A DNA stretch of 64,000 nt from Nannocystis bainbridge (GCF_028368995.1 NZ_JAQNDL010000002.1:673724-737723), one strand, 5' to 3'; counted from the stretch's first letter, positions 1-12,301 are shown. The notes: generated by a model from the sequence alone, not told the origin. Translations and numbers: made by a program.

Positions 1-560
1 CACCAGCACCGGCTGCAGCGGCGCGTGCCCGCCGTCAGGGGCCGGGAACACCCCCGCGTGTCGCAGCGTCGCCGCCAGGTTGTTCACGAAATCGTCGCCC
101 GGCCCCGCCACCGGCCCCGGGCGGAGGATCGTCCAATCTGTCCCCGAGGACATGACCAAACGTTCACCCGCACGCTTGCTCGCCAGGTACGGCGTCGGCG
201 AGGCGGGCTCCTGCTGCGGACCTGCCACGCTGACATGGATCAGCCGCCGGATGCCCGCCGTCTGCATCGCCGTCGTCAACGCCGTCACGGCTGCCTCGTG
301 CGCCGACGCGAACGTCTGCCCTTGCTCGGTCCGCTTGATCCCCACCAGGTTGACGACCGCCTCACAGCCTGCCAGCGCCGCCGCCAGCTCGGGCCCGCCG
401 CGGCTCGCGTCCGCGTCGCGCCAGGTCAGCCCCGGCCGTTCGAAGCGGCCGCGACGGCCCCGCGACAGCCCCACCACGGCATGACCGGCCTGCAGCAGCG
501 CGTGCACGGTCGCCTGTCCGATGAACCCGCTCGCTCCGGCCACGGCCACCTGCATGCGCA
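1..560 (-). CDS. NAD(P)-dependent epimerase/dehydratase family protein (NmrA/NDUFA9-like), start at 560, C-terminus runs off window
   Basis: Reverse-complement translation from 560 gives MQVAVAGASGFIGQATVHALLQAGHAVVGLSRG with a GxxGxxG Rossmann motif; open to window edge; not in ORF track because truncated. Confidence 0.65.
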
Positions 561-650
561 GCCAGCCTCGCACCGGCTCGGCCCGCCGCGCAAGGCCGGT
601 TTTTGCTTCTCAAACGCCGCCCGCGCGCCTACAACAAAAACTCGACCCGC

Positions 651-1733
651 ATGCTCAGCGCCCTCGCCGACCACGCCTGCGCCCGCTTCGATCGCGTCAT
701 GCGACACGGCCTCCGCCGCGTCCTCATGCAGCGCAACGAGCTCGACCGGATCGCCCGCGCCGAGCTCGAGCGTCGCCTCGAGTCCGTCGCGCAGTACACC
801 GATCCTGCCGTGCTCGCCGAGCCCGATCGCCTGCTCGCGCCGCCGCCCGCGCCCCCGCCGCTCGCGCCGCAGAGCGTGCGTCGCCTCGCCGACGGCCGCG
901 CCACCCACTTTACCTTCGCCTCGCCGTACCGCCCGCGCGACCCTGACTACGCCCGCGAGTACGCCGGCTACGACCGCGTCGGCACCGTGCACCTGCACGC
1001 ATGGCAGCACGACCGGCCCGCTCCCGCCTCGATCCTGCTCGCGCACGGCTGGTGCGTCGGTCACCGCCGCCTTCACGAGATCGAGTTCAACGTCGCCACC
1101 CTTTACCGGGACCTCGGCCTCGACGTCTACTTCTACGTCCAGCCCTATCACAGCGCGCGCAAGCCGACCGCCGCGCGCTTCTCCGGCGAGCTGTTCCCCT
1201 CGACCGACCTCGTGCGCACCAACGAGGCCTTCATCCAGACCGCTCAGGACGTGCGCGCCGCCATCACCGCCATCCTGCGCCACAGCCCCGCGCCGCTCGG
1301 CATGATGGGCTCGAGCCTCGGCGGCTACACCTCCGCCCTCATCGCCTCGATCGATCCGCGGCTGGCGTTCGTCGTCCCGATCATGGCCCCCGCCTCGTTC
1401 GCGCACCTCCTGTGGGATCACGGCGAGGGCGACCCGTTCCGCCGGCAGGCCGAGGCGATCGGCATGACCCGCGAGCGCTTCCACAGCGCGTGGGCCCTCC
1501 ACAGCCCCCTCTCGTACGCGCCCAAGGTCCCGTGGGAGCGCCGCCTCGTCGTCACGGCCCGCGGCGACGCCCTCGTCACCGAGGCCCACGCCGACGTGCT
1601 GTGGCACCACTGGCAGCGCCCGCGCCGCTTCAGCTTCACCGGCGGCCACTTTTTGCAGCTGGGCCGCCGCGACTACATCCGCGAGCTCGCCCGCTTCCTC
1701 ACCGACCTCCGCATCATCCCCGGCCTGCGCTGA
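651..1733 (+). CDS. alpha/beta hydrolase (serine hydrolase, GxSxG)
   Basis: ORF 603..1733 (603 is TTG; first ATG at 651); nucleophile elbow GMMGSSLGG; HGW dipeptide; length typical of alpha/beta hydrolases. Confidence 0.65.
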   Translation: MLSALADHACARFDRVMRHGLRRVLMQRNELDRIARAELERRLESVAQYTDPAVLAEPDRLLAPPPAPPPLAPQSVRRLADGRATHFTFASPYRPRDPDYAREYAGYDRVGTVHLHAWQHDRPAPASILLAHGWCVGHRRLHEIEFNVATLYRDLGLDVYFYVQPYHSARKPTAARFSGELFPSTDLVRTNEAFIQTAQDVRAAITAILRHSPAPLGMMGSSLGGYTSALIASIDPRLAFVVPIMAPASFAHLLWDHGEGDPFRRQAEAIGMTRERFHSAWALHSPLSYAPKVPWERRLVVTARGDALVTEAHADVLWHHWQRPRRFSFTGGHFLQLGRRDYIRELARFLTDLRIIPGLR

Positions 1734-1765
1734 GCTCGCTCGCGCTCCGGCGAGCTGCACGAAGA

Positions 1766-1862
1766 GGCATGTCTCCGAGGACATGTCCGAGTGGACACAT
1801 TTACTCGCGGGAAAATTCGGGTCATGTTCAAAAGAACATGCTCGATTGGACATGTTTTAAAG
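1766..1862. repeat. array of about 7 degenerate 14-bp tandem units of the GGACATGTCC palindromic repeat family
   Basis: CATG recurs at 14-bp phase: gcatgtctccgagg / acatgtccgagtgg / ... / catgttcaaaagaa / catgctcgattgga / catgttttaaagag; locally AT-richer than flanks. Confidence 0.8.
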
Positions 1863-2810
1863 AGCTCGTCGGGGCGATGCGGCCGCGGCCTGCGGGGCAG
1901 GGGAGGGCGATACGTCGCCGCGTCGAGCCGGGCCGCGCTCGCTCTGCCCAGGCGCAGCTCTGCTCGCCTGCACCTGCGCGCACGCGAGCCGCAGCGCTCG
2001 GTGGGCTAGCGTCCGTGGCGCTGCAAGGGCCGCAAGCCGGCGCGTCGTAGCTCGACGAGCGAGGCGATGACGGACGCGCCCGCCGGTCCGAGTGGGCCCC
2101 GTTCAGCACCGGGATCTTCCCGCGCCCTCGCATCACGCGGCGAGCCGCGCCGCATGGCCCATGGGACAGCCTACTCTGGCGCCCGCACCTCCGCGCCGAT
2201 CGGCGCATCACACTTCGCCATTCGACTCCAGCAATCGGTCGGACTCCGCGCTGCATCATCCGCGATCGAACCGACCCATCGAAACACGTAGCAGCGCCGC
2301 AAGAAGGTCAGGCCGCCCCGCATTGCCAGGGGGCGACCGATAGTCGCCCACACCGCCGCCGAAGCCAGCGTCCGCGATCGGGCCAGCCCACGGGCGCTGC
2401 GAACGGGGCGCCGCACGGCGTCGAGGGCCGCCTGAACGCAGCCCGAAGGTCGCCACTTGGAGTCGTCGCTTCCGGCGCGCCGCCAACTTTCGACCTCTGT
2501 CCCGATGGCCATGTCGACACCGTGTCGACGCCGCGGACAGACGCCTCCGCGCATCAACATCCAGCCTCGCCGCCGGTGTCCGTCGAAGGCCCGCCGACGC
2601 CCGCGACCGCATCGTCACGCTCGCCTCCGGGTCCCGCACATGCAGCGCGGCTCGGGACCGCTGTGTCGCGCATCACCTGCTCGGCAGCTTCGTACACGGG
2701 CGACGCTCGCCCACATCCGCGTGGTCTCGTTCACCTCGCAAGGCCCCGCGCACGGACCGCCTGCGCGGCGGTTCCTTGATCTCGTCGGCGCGCTCTGGCA
2801 GCATGATGCT

Positions 2811-3785
2811 GTGCGGTTTGGTTTGGGCGCCCTCTCTGCGGGCGTCGTCTATCTCTTCTCGTGGCTGGTGACGACCGGGTGTAGCCCTGGCCGTTCGGAC
2901 GCGCCCGTGCGCGGCACCGACGGCGACGGCGGCAGCACCGTCGCCACCAGCGGGGAGGGCAGCACCACCGGCCTCGCGAGTGGTTCGAGCACCGGCGACG
3001 CCGTCACCAGCCTGCCCGCCACCACCACCTCGGGCGCGCTCCTCGTCCCGCCGCCCGACCTCGCCCCCGAGCCCGCGCCCACCGCCGTCCAGCCGTGCGA
3101 ATCGCACGCCGTCGAGGCTGACTGCGACGCGGCCGGTTGCATCTGGTTCGCCACCGAGCGGCTCGCCGAGCGCTCCACGTGCGCCCTCGCGCCCACCGGC
3201 GCCTGCGCCTCCGCAAGCGCCTCGACCGGCGACGACGACTACGACTCCGCTTTCTACAAGCGCCTCGGCGACGAGGTCCACGTCCGCCGCGTCGGTCGCA
3301 AGGCCGGCGAAGTCCGCGGCCCCGAGCATCCCGCCGGCTGGACCGAGTGCGGCCTCGGCCCCGACGACCCGCCCGAGTGCGCCTGCGTGTGCGCGGCCGG
3401 CCGTTGCCCCGGCGACCTCGCCCTAGTCCTCCTCGACGCCTGCGGCACCCCGCGCCCCTGCGACGACGAAGTCGAGGGCGACGCCTGCCTCTACCAGACC
3501 CTCGCCGCCGCGGCCGCAGCCAGCCTGCGCGTCGTCAGCCCCGACCGCAGCCTCGACGATCGCGTCTTCCTGCGCGGCGACGGCACCGCCACCTGGATGC
3601 GCAGCACCTGCGACCCGCGCGACCAGAGCTGCCGCGATCGTAAGTGGGAGCTGCCGCGCCTGTGCTCCCTGCGCGACCGCGCCGCCTTCCTCGCCTGCGC
3701 CGGCGCCGACGCCCCCGGCCCCGAGTGCCGCGACGTGACCACCTGGTTCACGGACTGCAAGCTGACCCCGGCGACATGTCCGTAG
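2811..3785 (+). CDS. Cys-rich secreted lipoprotein, hypothetical
   Basis: In-frame GTG at 2811 gives VRFGLGALSAGVVYLFSWLVTTGC (signal peptide plus lipobox-like TTGC); mature part Thr/Ser/Gly-rich linker then many Cys pairs; upstream part of ORF 2457..3785 lacks start/features. Confidence 0.45.
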   Translation: MRFGLGALSAGVVYLFSWLVTTGCSPGRSDAPVRGTDGDGGSTVATSGEGSTTGLASGSSTGDAVTSLPATTTSGALLVPPPDLAPEPAPTAVQPCESHAVEADCDAAGCIWFATERLAERSTCALAPTGACASASASTGDDDYDSAFYKRLGDEVHVRRVGRKAGEVRGPEHPAGWTECGLGPDDPPECACVCAAGRCPGDLALVLLDACGTPRPCDDEVEGDACLYQTLAAAAAASLRVVSPDRSLDDRVFLRGDGTATWMRSTCDPRDQSCRDRKWELPRLCSLRDRAAFLACAGADAPGPECRDVTTWFTDCKLTPATCP

Positions 3786-3909
3786 AGACAGCCCTTTCGC
3801 TCCGGTGCCCGCGCCCTGACAGCCCGCGACCGGGCCGGCGATCCGCCGCGAACGAGCAAATTCGCCCTCACACCTCCCGCACCACCTGGGCTACCGTCCC
3901 GGTCGCCCC

Positions 3910-4464
3910 ATGCTGCAGGTCAAGAAGTACGGCAACCGTCGGCTCTACGACACCGAGGGGAGCCGCTACGTCACCCTCGAGGAGATCGCCGAGCGCGTGC
4001 GCATGGGCGAGGACCTCAAGGTCGTCGACGCCAAGAGCGGCCAGGACCTCACTCAGGTCACCCTCGCCCAGATCATCCTCGAGAGCCGCGGCGCGGCCCG
4101 GCTGCTCCCCGTCACTTTGCTCAAGCAGCTCGTGCGCATGCGGGACGACGCGCTCGCCGAGTTCTTCGGCCGCTACATCGCCTGGGCCCTCGAGGTCTAC
4201 CTGCAGCTCAAGGGCGGAGCGCGGGCGGTGGTCCCGTGGAACCCGCTCGCCGATCTCGCCATGCCGGGCATCCTCAAGCGGTGGTTCGGCGGCGCGGCGC
4301 CGACCGCCGGCGACCCGACGCCTCCGCCGTTCCCGGACGAGCCTCCCCCCGAGCCCGCCGGCATGGGTGACGAGCTCGCCGCGTTGAGGCGTGAGCTCGC
4401 CGACCTGCGCAAGACCGTCGAGGACAGCCGGCCCGCCCGCAAGGGCAGGCGGCCCGCCTCCTGA
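3910..4464 (+). CDS. phaR: polyhydroxyalkanoate synthesis repressor PhaR
   Basis: N-terminus MLQVKKYGNRRLYDTEGSRYVTLEEIAERV is the conserved PhaR DNA-binding signature; 184 aa; adjacent to PHA synthase genes. Confidence 0.8.
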   Translation: MLQVKKYGNRRLYDTEGSRYVTLEEIAERVRMGEDLKVVDAKSGQDLTQVTLAQIILESRGAARLLPVTLLKQLVRMRDDALAEFFGRYIAWALEVYLQLKGGARAVVPWNPLADLAMPGILKRWFGGAAPTAGDPTPPPFPDEPPPEPAGMGDELAALRRELADLRKTVEDSRPARKGRRPAS

Positions 4465-4603
4465 TCCATTTGTGCGCCGCACAATTCGCGACCGCTGACT
4501 CGACTGTCTCTGCCTCCCCGACGGCCATAGCGGCCGGCCCCGCCTTTTCGCACGTGCAGCACGGCCGGGGCTTCGGGTAGCCTCGCAGACGGAGGAGCAG
4601 AGC

Positions 4604-6127
<1,524 letters not shown>

Positions 6128-6139
6128 GACCCTTCCGCC

Positions 6140-6538
6140 ATGTCCCAAGAGACAGCCCCCCAGAACCTCACCGCCCGGGTCCTCCGGCTCGTCGGCTACC
6201 TCACCGATCCGAAGAGCGGCCCCGGCAAGTGGTGGATGCGCTTCGAGGGCGCCTCGACCGGCGTCATGACCCGCCTCGCCACCAGCCCGCGCTATCTGCG
6301 GCTGGCCGGCCGCGGGCTACAAAAGATGTTCCACCTCCACCGCGACCTCGTCGACCTCACCGAGGAGGTCCTGCACTTCTGGCGCGTGCCCACGCTCGGC
6401 GACCTCGACGAGGTGCGGGCCCAGCTGCGGCGCGCCGAGGACCGGCTCGAGATCACCACCAGCCAGCTCGAGCTCGCGCTCGAGCTGCTGGGCAAGCTGC
6501 AGGCCGAGCTGGCTCGCTCGACGCGGGGGGCCGCGTGA
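6140..6538 (+). CDS. PhaE-like / PHA granule-associated small protein (short)
   Basis: 132 aa immediately upstream of and overlapping (GTGA) class III phaC; C-terminal coiled-coil LPTxxDLDEVRAQLRRAEDRL resembles PhaE/phasin motif; much shorter than canonical PhaE so identity tentative. Confidence 0.4.
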   Translation: MSQETAPQNLTARVLRLVGYLTDPKSGPGKWWMRFEGASTGVMTRLATSPRYLRLAGRGLQKMFHLHRDLVDLTEEVLHFWRVPTLGDLDEVRAQLRRAEDRLEITTSQLELALELLGKLQAELARSTRGAA

Positions 6539-7692
6539 CCGCGGGCGACGGCGGACCGTTCTCGCGGGTCAAGGGCGCCGCGCGCAAGCTCGCCGACATG
6601 GCCGAAGGGACAGCCACGATCGGCGGCGCCTGGCAGCGGGCGCTGCGTGACCGCGCGATCAGCCCGACGCGGTACCTCGCCCCGCTGGTCAAGCGCGCCA
6701 CCGGCCTCGGCGACCCGCCCGTCAATTCGACCCCGAAGCGGGTCGTCTACGCGCGCGGCGGCATGAAGCTCATCCGCTTCGAGCCGGCCGTGCGTCGGTT
6801 TCGCACCCCGATCCTGTTCGTCTACTCGCTGATCAACCGCTACTACATCCTCGATTTCCTGCCGGGTCGCAGCCTGATCGAGTTCATGACCCAGCAGGGC
6901 TTCGACGTCTACGCCATCGACTGGGGCACGCCCGGCCCGGTCGAGCAGGACATGACCTGGGACGACCTGCTCGGCGGCTTCGTCGAGGCGGCCAAGCGGT
7001 GGATCTTCAAGCTGTCGGGTTGCGACGACCTGACGATGTACGGCTACTGCATGGGCGGCACGATGGCCCTCGCCGCCGCCGCGCTCCACCCGAACGGCGT
7101 GCGCAACTTCGTCGCCCAGGCCACCCCGGTCGACTTCAAGCACGGCGGCATCTTCACCACCTGGACCGACCCGGAGTTCTTCGACGTCGACGCCATGGTC
7201 GACGCCTACGGCAACGTCCCGATCGACCTGATGGAGTCGGGCTTCTCGATGATGGCCCCGGTCCAGCGGATCTCGAAGTGGTTCGAGGTGTTCCGCCGCC
7301 TCGACGACCGCGAGTTCGTCACCAACTTCCTCGCCATGGAGCACTGGGCCGCCGACAACGTGCCGTTCCCGGGCGAGGTGTATCGGCAGTACATCCGCGA
7401 CTGCTACCAGGAGAACAACTTCTTCGAGGGCCGCATGATCGTCGGCGGCCGCCGCGTCGACCTGCGCCAGATCGAGGGCCCGCTGCTCGTGCTCGTCGCC
7501 GACAACGACACCATCGCCCCGCCGCCCTCGTCCGAGGCGCTGCTCGGCGCCGTCGGCTCGACCGACAAGACGCTGCAGCGCTTCCCGGTCGGGCACATCG
7601 GCCTCTCGACCTCGAGCAAGGGGCCCAAGGTCATCTGGCCGAAGATCGCCGCCTGGCTGGCCGAGCACAGCGAGCCGCTGCCGCCAGCCTGA
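6535..7692 (+). CDS. phaC: poly(R)-hydroxyalkanoic acid synthase, class III PhaC subunit
   Basis: Lipase box GYCMGG; strong similarity in order and motifs to class III PhaC (VYAIDWG, ATPVDFK, GHIG); start GTG 6535 (alternative ATG 6598); the long ORF 4738..7692 upstream of this is a GC artifact. Confidence 0.85.
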   Translation: MTAGDGGPFSRVKGAARKLADMAEGTATIGGAWQRALRDRAISPTRYLAPLVKRATGLGDPPVNSTPKRVVYARGGMKLIRFEPAVRRFRTPILFVYSLINRYYILDFLPGRSLIEFMTQQGFDVYAIDWGTPGPVEQDMTWDDLLGGFVEAAKRWIFKLSGCDDLTMYGYCMGGTMALAAAALHPNGVRNFVAQATPVDFKHGGIFTTWTDPEFFDVDAMVDAYGNVPIDLMESGFSMMAPVQRISKWFEVFRRLDDREFVTNFLAMEHWAADNVPFPGEVYRQYIRDCYQENNFFEGRMIVGGRRVDLRQIEGPLLVLVADNDTIAPPPSSEALLGAVGSTDKTLQRFPVGHIGLSTSSKGPKVIWPKIAAWLAEHSEPLPPA

Positions 7693-7704
7693 CGGCGCCG
7701 CGCA

Positions 7705-9222
7705 TCACTGCGCCAGCCACGTCGAGATCTGGGCGGCCGCCGTCGCGTGCCAGCCCAGCTTGAGGTGGTTGATGTCCGGAAGGACAGCCGAGTCGGTGAG
7801 CGTGCCGATGCCGTCGGTCGCCGCGCAGCTGTCGACGAGCACCACGCCGTCGCTGGGCCCGGCGATCTCGTTGGGGATGCCCGGGATCAGCACGTTGTTG
7901 TCCTTGAGATCGAGGTCGCCGCACAGCAGGTGCGTCTGGATCGACGCCGGGATCCCGGCGTCGATCATGTCGTCGATCACCGAGCCCTGCGCGATCGCGT
8001 AGTCGATGCCCTTGCCGCGGGCGTACACGCCCTTGTACTGACCCTCGCCGTAGTAGGTCGACTCGCTGTCGCCGACGATCCACTGCATCAGCCCGTTGTT
8101 GGCCGTGCCGGTCAGCGGGTACACGTCGTCCCACGCCGCGAGCATCTGCAGCTGCCCGCGGTAGTTGTCGCCGGCGGCCGACTTGTAGATCGCGTACTCC
8201 GAGCGGTCCTCCCACAGCCCGAAGATCAGCAGCTCGTCGTGCGGCCCGGGCGCGTGGATCTTGCCGCCGAAGTCGGCGTACACGCCGGCGTTGTGGGCCG
8301 TGCCGTAGCGGAAGATGTAGTCGAAGCCGAGGTTGGGCCCGCCGATCAGGATCAGCTTGTCGATGTCGTCGCGGTACTCGAGCTTGCCGCCGGTCAGACC
8401 CGACGCGTACATGCGCGACGACATCACGCCCTTGCTCCACCCGATCACGTCGACCTTGTCGACCCCGGTGCGCTCGCGGATGATGTCGATCGCCCACGCG
8501 ATCTGCAGGGCCCAGAACACGTTGTCGCCCTGGCTGTGCGCGTGCGACACCGCGAACACGCGGTGACCCGCCGCCGCCAGCTCCTGCATCAGGCCGATGT
8601 CGGGGCACGTCGACTGCCCGCAGCCGAAATCGCCGCTCTCGCCCGGGTTGGCCCACGCGCGGTCGGCCTGGTCGTTGGCCCCGTGGGCCAGCAGCACCGT
8701 CGACTTGGCGCCGTTGTTCCAGCCGGGCGCGTAGTACAGCAAGAACCGGCCGCTGTGCGGCACCGGGTCGTTGCCGAAGAACTCGAGCCGCTGCCCGTTC
8801 TGGTGGGCCCGCTGGTCGAGGTCGAACCGGTCCTCCTGAATGAAGAACGGGTCGGGATCGAACCACCGCTCGACGCGGACCCACCCGTTCAGGATCTTGT
8901 CCTCGAAGGTGTCCTCGAGCACGAGGCGGTGCAGCGGATCGCCGGTGGTCTCGCCCGTGGGGTCCGTCGTCGAGGTCGGGTCCTCCGTCGTCGTCGACAC
9001 CGAAGTGCTCGAGGTCGGCGCGCTCGTCGTCCCGGTCGGCGGCTCTTCGCTGGTCGCCGTCGGCCCCGTCGTCACCGTGCCGGTCGCCTCGCTCGTGTCG
9101 GTGCCCGGCGAGCTGTCGGTCACCGCCGCGGTCGCAGCGTCGGTGTCGCCGCCGTCTTGCGGCGTGCAGGCGAGGAGGAGGGTGAGGACGGCGCAGGGAC
9201 GGCGTGTTCGCATGTGCAGCAA
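7705..9222 (-). CDS. secreted lipase/esterase-like alpha/beta hydrolase lipoprotein
   Basis: N-terminus MLHMRTRRPCAVLTLLLACTP (signal peptide plus lipobox LLAC); long Thr/Ser/Pro linker; GWSKG (GxSxG) nucleophile motif; convergent with phaC. Confidence 0.6.
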   Translation of the reverse strand: MLHMRTRRPCAVLTLLLACTPQDGGDTDAATAAVTDSSPGTDTSEATGTVTTGPTATSEEPPTGTTSAPTSSTSVSTTTEDPTSTTDPTGETTGDPLHRLVLEDTFEDKILNGWVRVERWFDPDPFFIQEDRFDLDQRAHQNGQRLEFFGNDPVPHSGRFLLYYAPGWNNGAKSTVLLAHGANDQADRAWANPGESGDFGCGQSTCPDIGLMQELAAAGHRVFAVSHAHSQGDNVFWALQIAWAIDIIRERTGVDKVDVIGWSKGVMSSRMYASGLTGGKLEYRDDIDKLILIGGPNLGFDYIFRYGTAHNAGVYADFGGKIHAPGPHDELLIFGLWEDRSEYAIYKSAAGDNYRGQLQMLAAWDDVYPLTGTANNGLMQWIVGDSESTYYGEGQYKGVYARGKGIDYAIAQGSVIDDMIDAGIPASIQTHLLCGDLDLKDNNVLIPGIPNEIAGPSDGVVLVDSCAATDGIGTLTDSAVLPDINHLKLGWHATAAAQISTWLAQ

Positions 9223-9273
9223 TTTAGCCCATTCGCTCCCACCTCGACAGCGCGCGCGGGAGTAGATATCGGC

Positions 9274-10326
9274 TTAGAACGCCGTTTCTGCGAAATTTCG
9301 CACCGCCGCAAGGAAGCGCTCCGCCTGCTCGATGTGCGGCGAGTGCCCGCATTCGGCGAACACCTCTTCGCGGACTTGGCCGCCGGCGGTCGCGTAGCGG
9401 TCGAGCACCCCGCGCAGCTGGCCGACCATCGGCTGCGGCGGCGCGACCTCGTCGCCCGGCCAGCCCGGCACCGCGCCGAGCTTGCCGAGGAAGCCGAAGT
9501 CGAACAGCGAGGTGTCGCTGACGATCTGGTCGTCGGCGCCGCGGATCCACAGCACCGGCGGCCGCGGATCGATCGCGGCGAAGCCCGAAAGGTCGACGTA
9601 CTTGGCCGAGATCGCGTTGTTCATGCCGCGCGTGCCCGGGGCGACCCCCGGCCAGTTCGTCGAGGCCGTCGTGTCGCCGGGGTAGTGGTCGTCGCCTGTC
9701 TGCGTCTTCAGCATCGCCGCCACGAACGCGTCCTCGAGCGCCGGCGCGACCCGGAACGGGGGCTTGAAGTAGAACGCGTTCATCACGTTGCGCGGCGACA
9801 CCTGACTGTCGTTGCCGCGGTCGCCGGCCTTGATCAGGCGCGCGAACTCGGGGTTGGCCGTGCCGCCGCCCGAGCCCGCAAAATCGTCGGTATACGCGGT
9901 GCCGCGGACATCCTTGGTGCCGCCGAAGCCGAACGGCGACATCGGGTTCTCGAGCACCAGGCCGGCCACGTGTTCGGCGTGGTCGATCGCGTACTGCATG
10001 ATCACGCCGCCGCCCGCCGACCAGCCGACGAAGAGGACTGGCCGCGAGGACAGGTCGAGCGCGTCCATCAGCGAGCGCAGATCGTCGGCGAAATCGCGGA
10101 CCCCGCGGGTCGCGTCGATCGGCGCCGGCTCGGTGTCGCCGAACCCGCGCATGTCCGGCGCGATCACGCGGAAGCGATCGGACAGGGCCTCCATCAGCGG
10201 CTCGAAGAACGCCCCCGTCGACACGTTGCCGTGGACGAGCACGATCGGCGGCGCGTCGACCGGACCGGCGATACGGGTGTGGACGCGGAGGCGCGACGTG
10301 GGGACGAGCTGCTGTTCGATCGGCAT
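9274..10326 (-). CDS. alpha/beta hydrolase fold protein
   Basis: ORF 9274..10404; start at MPIEQQL (10326); motifs HGNVSTGAFF, GWSAGGG (GxSxG), C-terminal His; other-strand long ORFs here are artifacts. Confidence 0.65.
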   Translation of the reverse strand: MPIEQQLVPTSRLRVHTRIAGPVDAPPIVLVHGNVSTGAFFEPLMEALSDRFRVIAPDMRGFGDTEPAPIDATRGVRDFADDLRSLMDALDLSSRPVLFVGWSAGGGVIMQYAIDHAEHVAGLVLENPMSPFGFGGTKDVRGTAYTDDFAGSGGGTANPEFARLIKAGDRGNDSQVSPRNVMNAFYFKPPFRVAPALEDAFVAAMLKTQTGDDHYPGDTTASTNWPGVAPGTRGMNNAISAKYVDLSGFAAIDPRPPVLWIRGADDQIVSDTSLFDFGFLGKLGAVPGWPGDEVAPPQPMVGQLRGVLDRYATAGGQVREEVFAECGHSPHIEQAERFLAAVRNFAETAF

Positions 10327-10527
10327 GATGGCAGCATGCAGGGTCGCAAATGGGCCCGCGCTTGTCGACGCGGGCGCGACGCGCGAACCCGCGCAAGCTA
10401 GCACCTGGCGTCAAGGACAGGTCGCTTCGGGCGCCGCGACCGGGCAGGGCACGCAGTGCTTTCGCAGTGCAACATGGCGCCCGGTCTGCCCCTGCGATTC
10501 GGGCCTGACCCGAGGCGCGGCCGCCGA

Positions 10528-11121
10528 TCAGCGGCGCCGGCGCGAGCGGCGGATCGCCAGGCCGAGCACGCCCAGGCCCAGCAGCGCCGGCGCGCTGTCG
10601 TCGCCCGCGCGGCAACTGCCGCACCCGAGCTCCTTCTTCGGCGTCGTCCCGTCGCTCTCGCTCCCGGAGCCGCTGCCCGCCGACGCGTCCGAGTCGCTGC
10701 CCGCCGAAGTGCCCGCCGTGTCGCCCGTCGAGGTCGCGGCGGTCTCGGCGACGCACAGTTTGATCGCGCGGCACGAGCCCTTGGCACAGGTGCCGCCCTC
10801 GCCGCACAGCCCGAGCAGATTGTCCTCCGACGAGCCGCTGCCGGTGTCGGACCACCCGCCGCTGCAGCTGACCGTATCGAGGCAGCCCTGGATCTCCTTG
10901 CAGACCTTGCCCTCGGAACAGGCGGAGCTCTCGATGCACACGTCGGGATCGCAGTACTCCCCGCCGTGGCAGCCGTTGGGGCTCGAACCTTCGGGGCAGC
11001 TCGGCGGCTCGGACACCGCGTCAGCCCGGGCGGTGTGGCTCGCGGCAGGGGCGAGCAGGAGGAGCGCGGCCGCGGACCAGCGCGCGACCGAAGTGAAGAA
11101 GAGCGGCGAAGACAAGCGCAT
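10528..11121 (-). CDS. Cys-rich secreted protein with MYXO-CTERM sorting domain
   Basis: Start MRLSSPLFFTSVARWSAAALLLLAPAASHTARA (signal peptide); C-terminus GCGSCRAGDDSAPALLGLGVLGLAIRRSRRRR = GCxxC + hydrophobic + Arg-rich tail typical of MYXO-CTERM. Confidence 0.6.
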   Translation of the reverse strand: MRLSSPLFFTSVARWSAAALLLLAPAASHTARADAVSEPPSCPEGSSPNGCHGGEYCDPDVCIESSACSEGKVCKEIQGCLDTVSCSGGWSDTGSGSSEDNLLGLCGEGGTCAKGSCRAIKLCVAETAATSTGDTAGTSAGSDSDASAGSGSGSESDGTTPKKELGCGSCRAGDDSAPALLGLGVLGLAIRRSRRRR

Positions 11122-11227
11122 CACCCGATCGTACACGCGCCGGGGCGAGCCCGGCAACCGGGGGCGCGGGCGTGAACCCGTCGCTCGCAGCCCCCGATTC
11201 CGTTCACGATGTCCTGGTCATTGAGAC

Positions 11228-11300
11228 ATGTCCAAAAAGACACTGCGTGACGCCTCCTCGCTGTGGTGAGCGACCTCGGACGTCCCATGTCTCTTCGGAC
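11228..11300. repeat. degenerate array of the 14-bp GGACATGTCC repeat family
   Basis: gagacatgtccaaaaagacac ... cccatgtctcttcggacatgttcgac between two minus-strand genes; CATG motifs at about 14-bp phase with one shift. Confidence 0.6.
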
Positions 11301-11406
11301 ATGTTCGACCCCGCGCTACGTGGTCGAGCTGCCGAGCTACGAGCCCCGCGCGATCACATGTCCTTGCGGTCAGGTCAAGCCATCGACCGCCGCTTCGATT
11401 TCTCGA

Positions 11407-12117
11407 CTACCGCGGCCCGTAGATCAGGTCCGAGCGGACCGCATACTTCACCCCGGCCGTCACCTCGGCGCCCTCGTGGAGCAGCAGGTGATCGAACACC
11501 ACCGCCCCGCCGACGGCGGGCTTGAGCGCGAACCTCACCTTGTTGTCGAACTTGCGTCCGCGGCCCTGACCGCGCCGCTGCGACTTGTCCTTCTCCTCGA
11601 AGAACCGCGTCTCGCCGCCCTCGAACTCCGCGTTCAAGAAGATGACCAGCGACTCGCGCGTCTCGCCGAGCGGCACCACCGTGCGGACGTCGACGTGCGG
11701 CGAGAACCGCATCCCGACCTCGTAGCGATACACGCGGAAGCGAAAGTTAAGCCCCCGCACCGGCGCGCCCTCGTGCTGCGGACCCGCGACCCCGCGGATC
11801 CGCTGCCACAGCCCGTCGGCCAGCGCCGGCGCGTCGAACACCACCCGCAGGTTGTTGCGCGCCGCCAGGTTGACGCGGTAGGTGTCGTCGCCGATCGCCA
11901 GGCCCGCGTGCGTGAAGCCGATCGCCTCGGCCGCCGCGATCAACCGCTTGCACTCCTTCGGCGACATCACCCCGTGGAGTACATGCACCCCGGGCGCCAC
12001 CTCTTCGCGGCGCGCGACGGCCTCGCGGTCCGCATCGAGCACCGCCTCCGTCAGCGCGTGGGGCGCCGCGTGAAACGTCGCCTCCCGACGAAACGACTCG
12101 TGCTCGCGGCTCCGCAT
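11407..12117 (-). CDS. 2OG-Fe(II) oxygenase family protein (prolyl 4-hydroxylase-like)
   Basis: Start MRSREHESF; HxD...H-like residues (SPHVDVRT, LLLHEGAEV) and double-stranded beta-helix length; tentative family call. Confidence 0.5.
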   Translation of the reverse strand: MRSREHESFRREATFHAAPHALTEAVLDADREAVARREEVAPGVHVLHGVMSPKECKRLIAAAEAIGFTHAGLAIGDDTYRVNLAARNNLRVVFDAPALADGLWQRIRGVAGPQHEGAPVRGLNFRFRVYRYEVGMRFSPHVDVRTVVPLGETRESLVIFLNAEFEGGETRFFEEKDKSQRRGQGRGRKFDNKVRFALKPAVGGAVVFDHLLLHEGAEVTAGVKYAVRSDLIYGPR

Positions 12118-12301
12118 GCCCTTGGCTCGGCTCACGGTCCTCCTTTTATCACGCCGGCGCGACGCCCTCCGCGGTCCGGACATTCGACCGAGCGGCGCCC
12201 CTCGCGCGCTGGCTGCATCGGCCCAAACCGCCTCCAGGCCGTCGCCTGCACCAACTTTTCCTGAGCTTGCTCAGCATATCGGCCTCGGCTAGTGTCGTTT
12301 C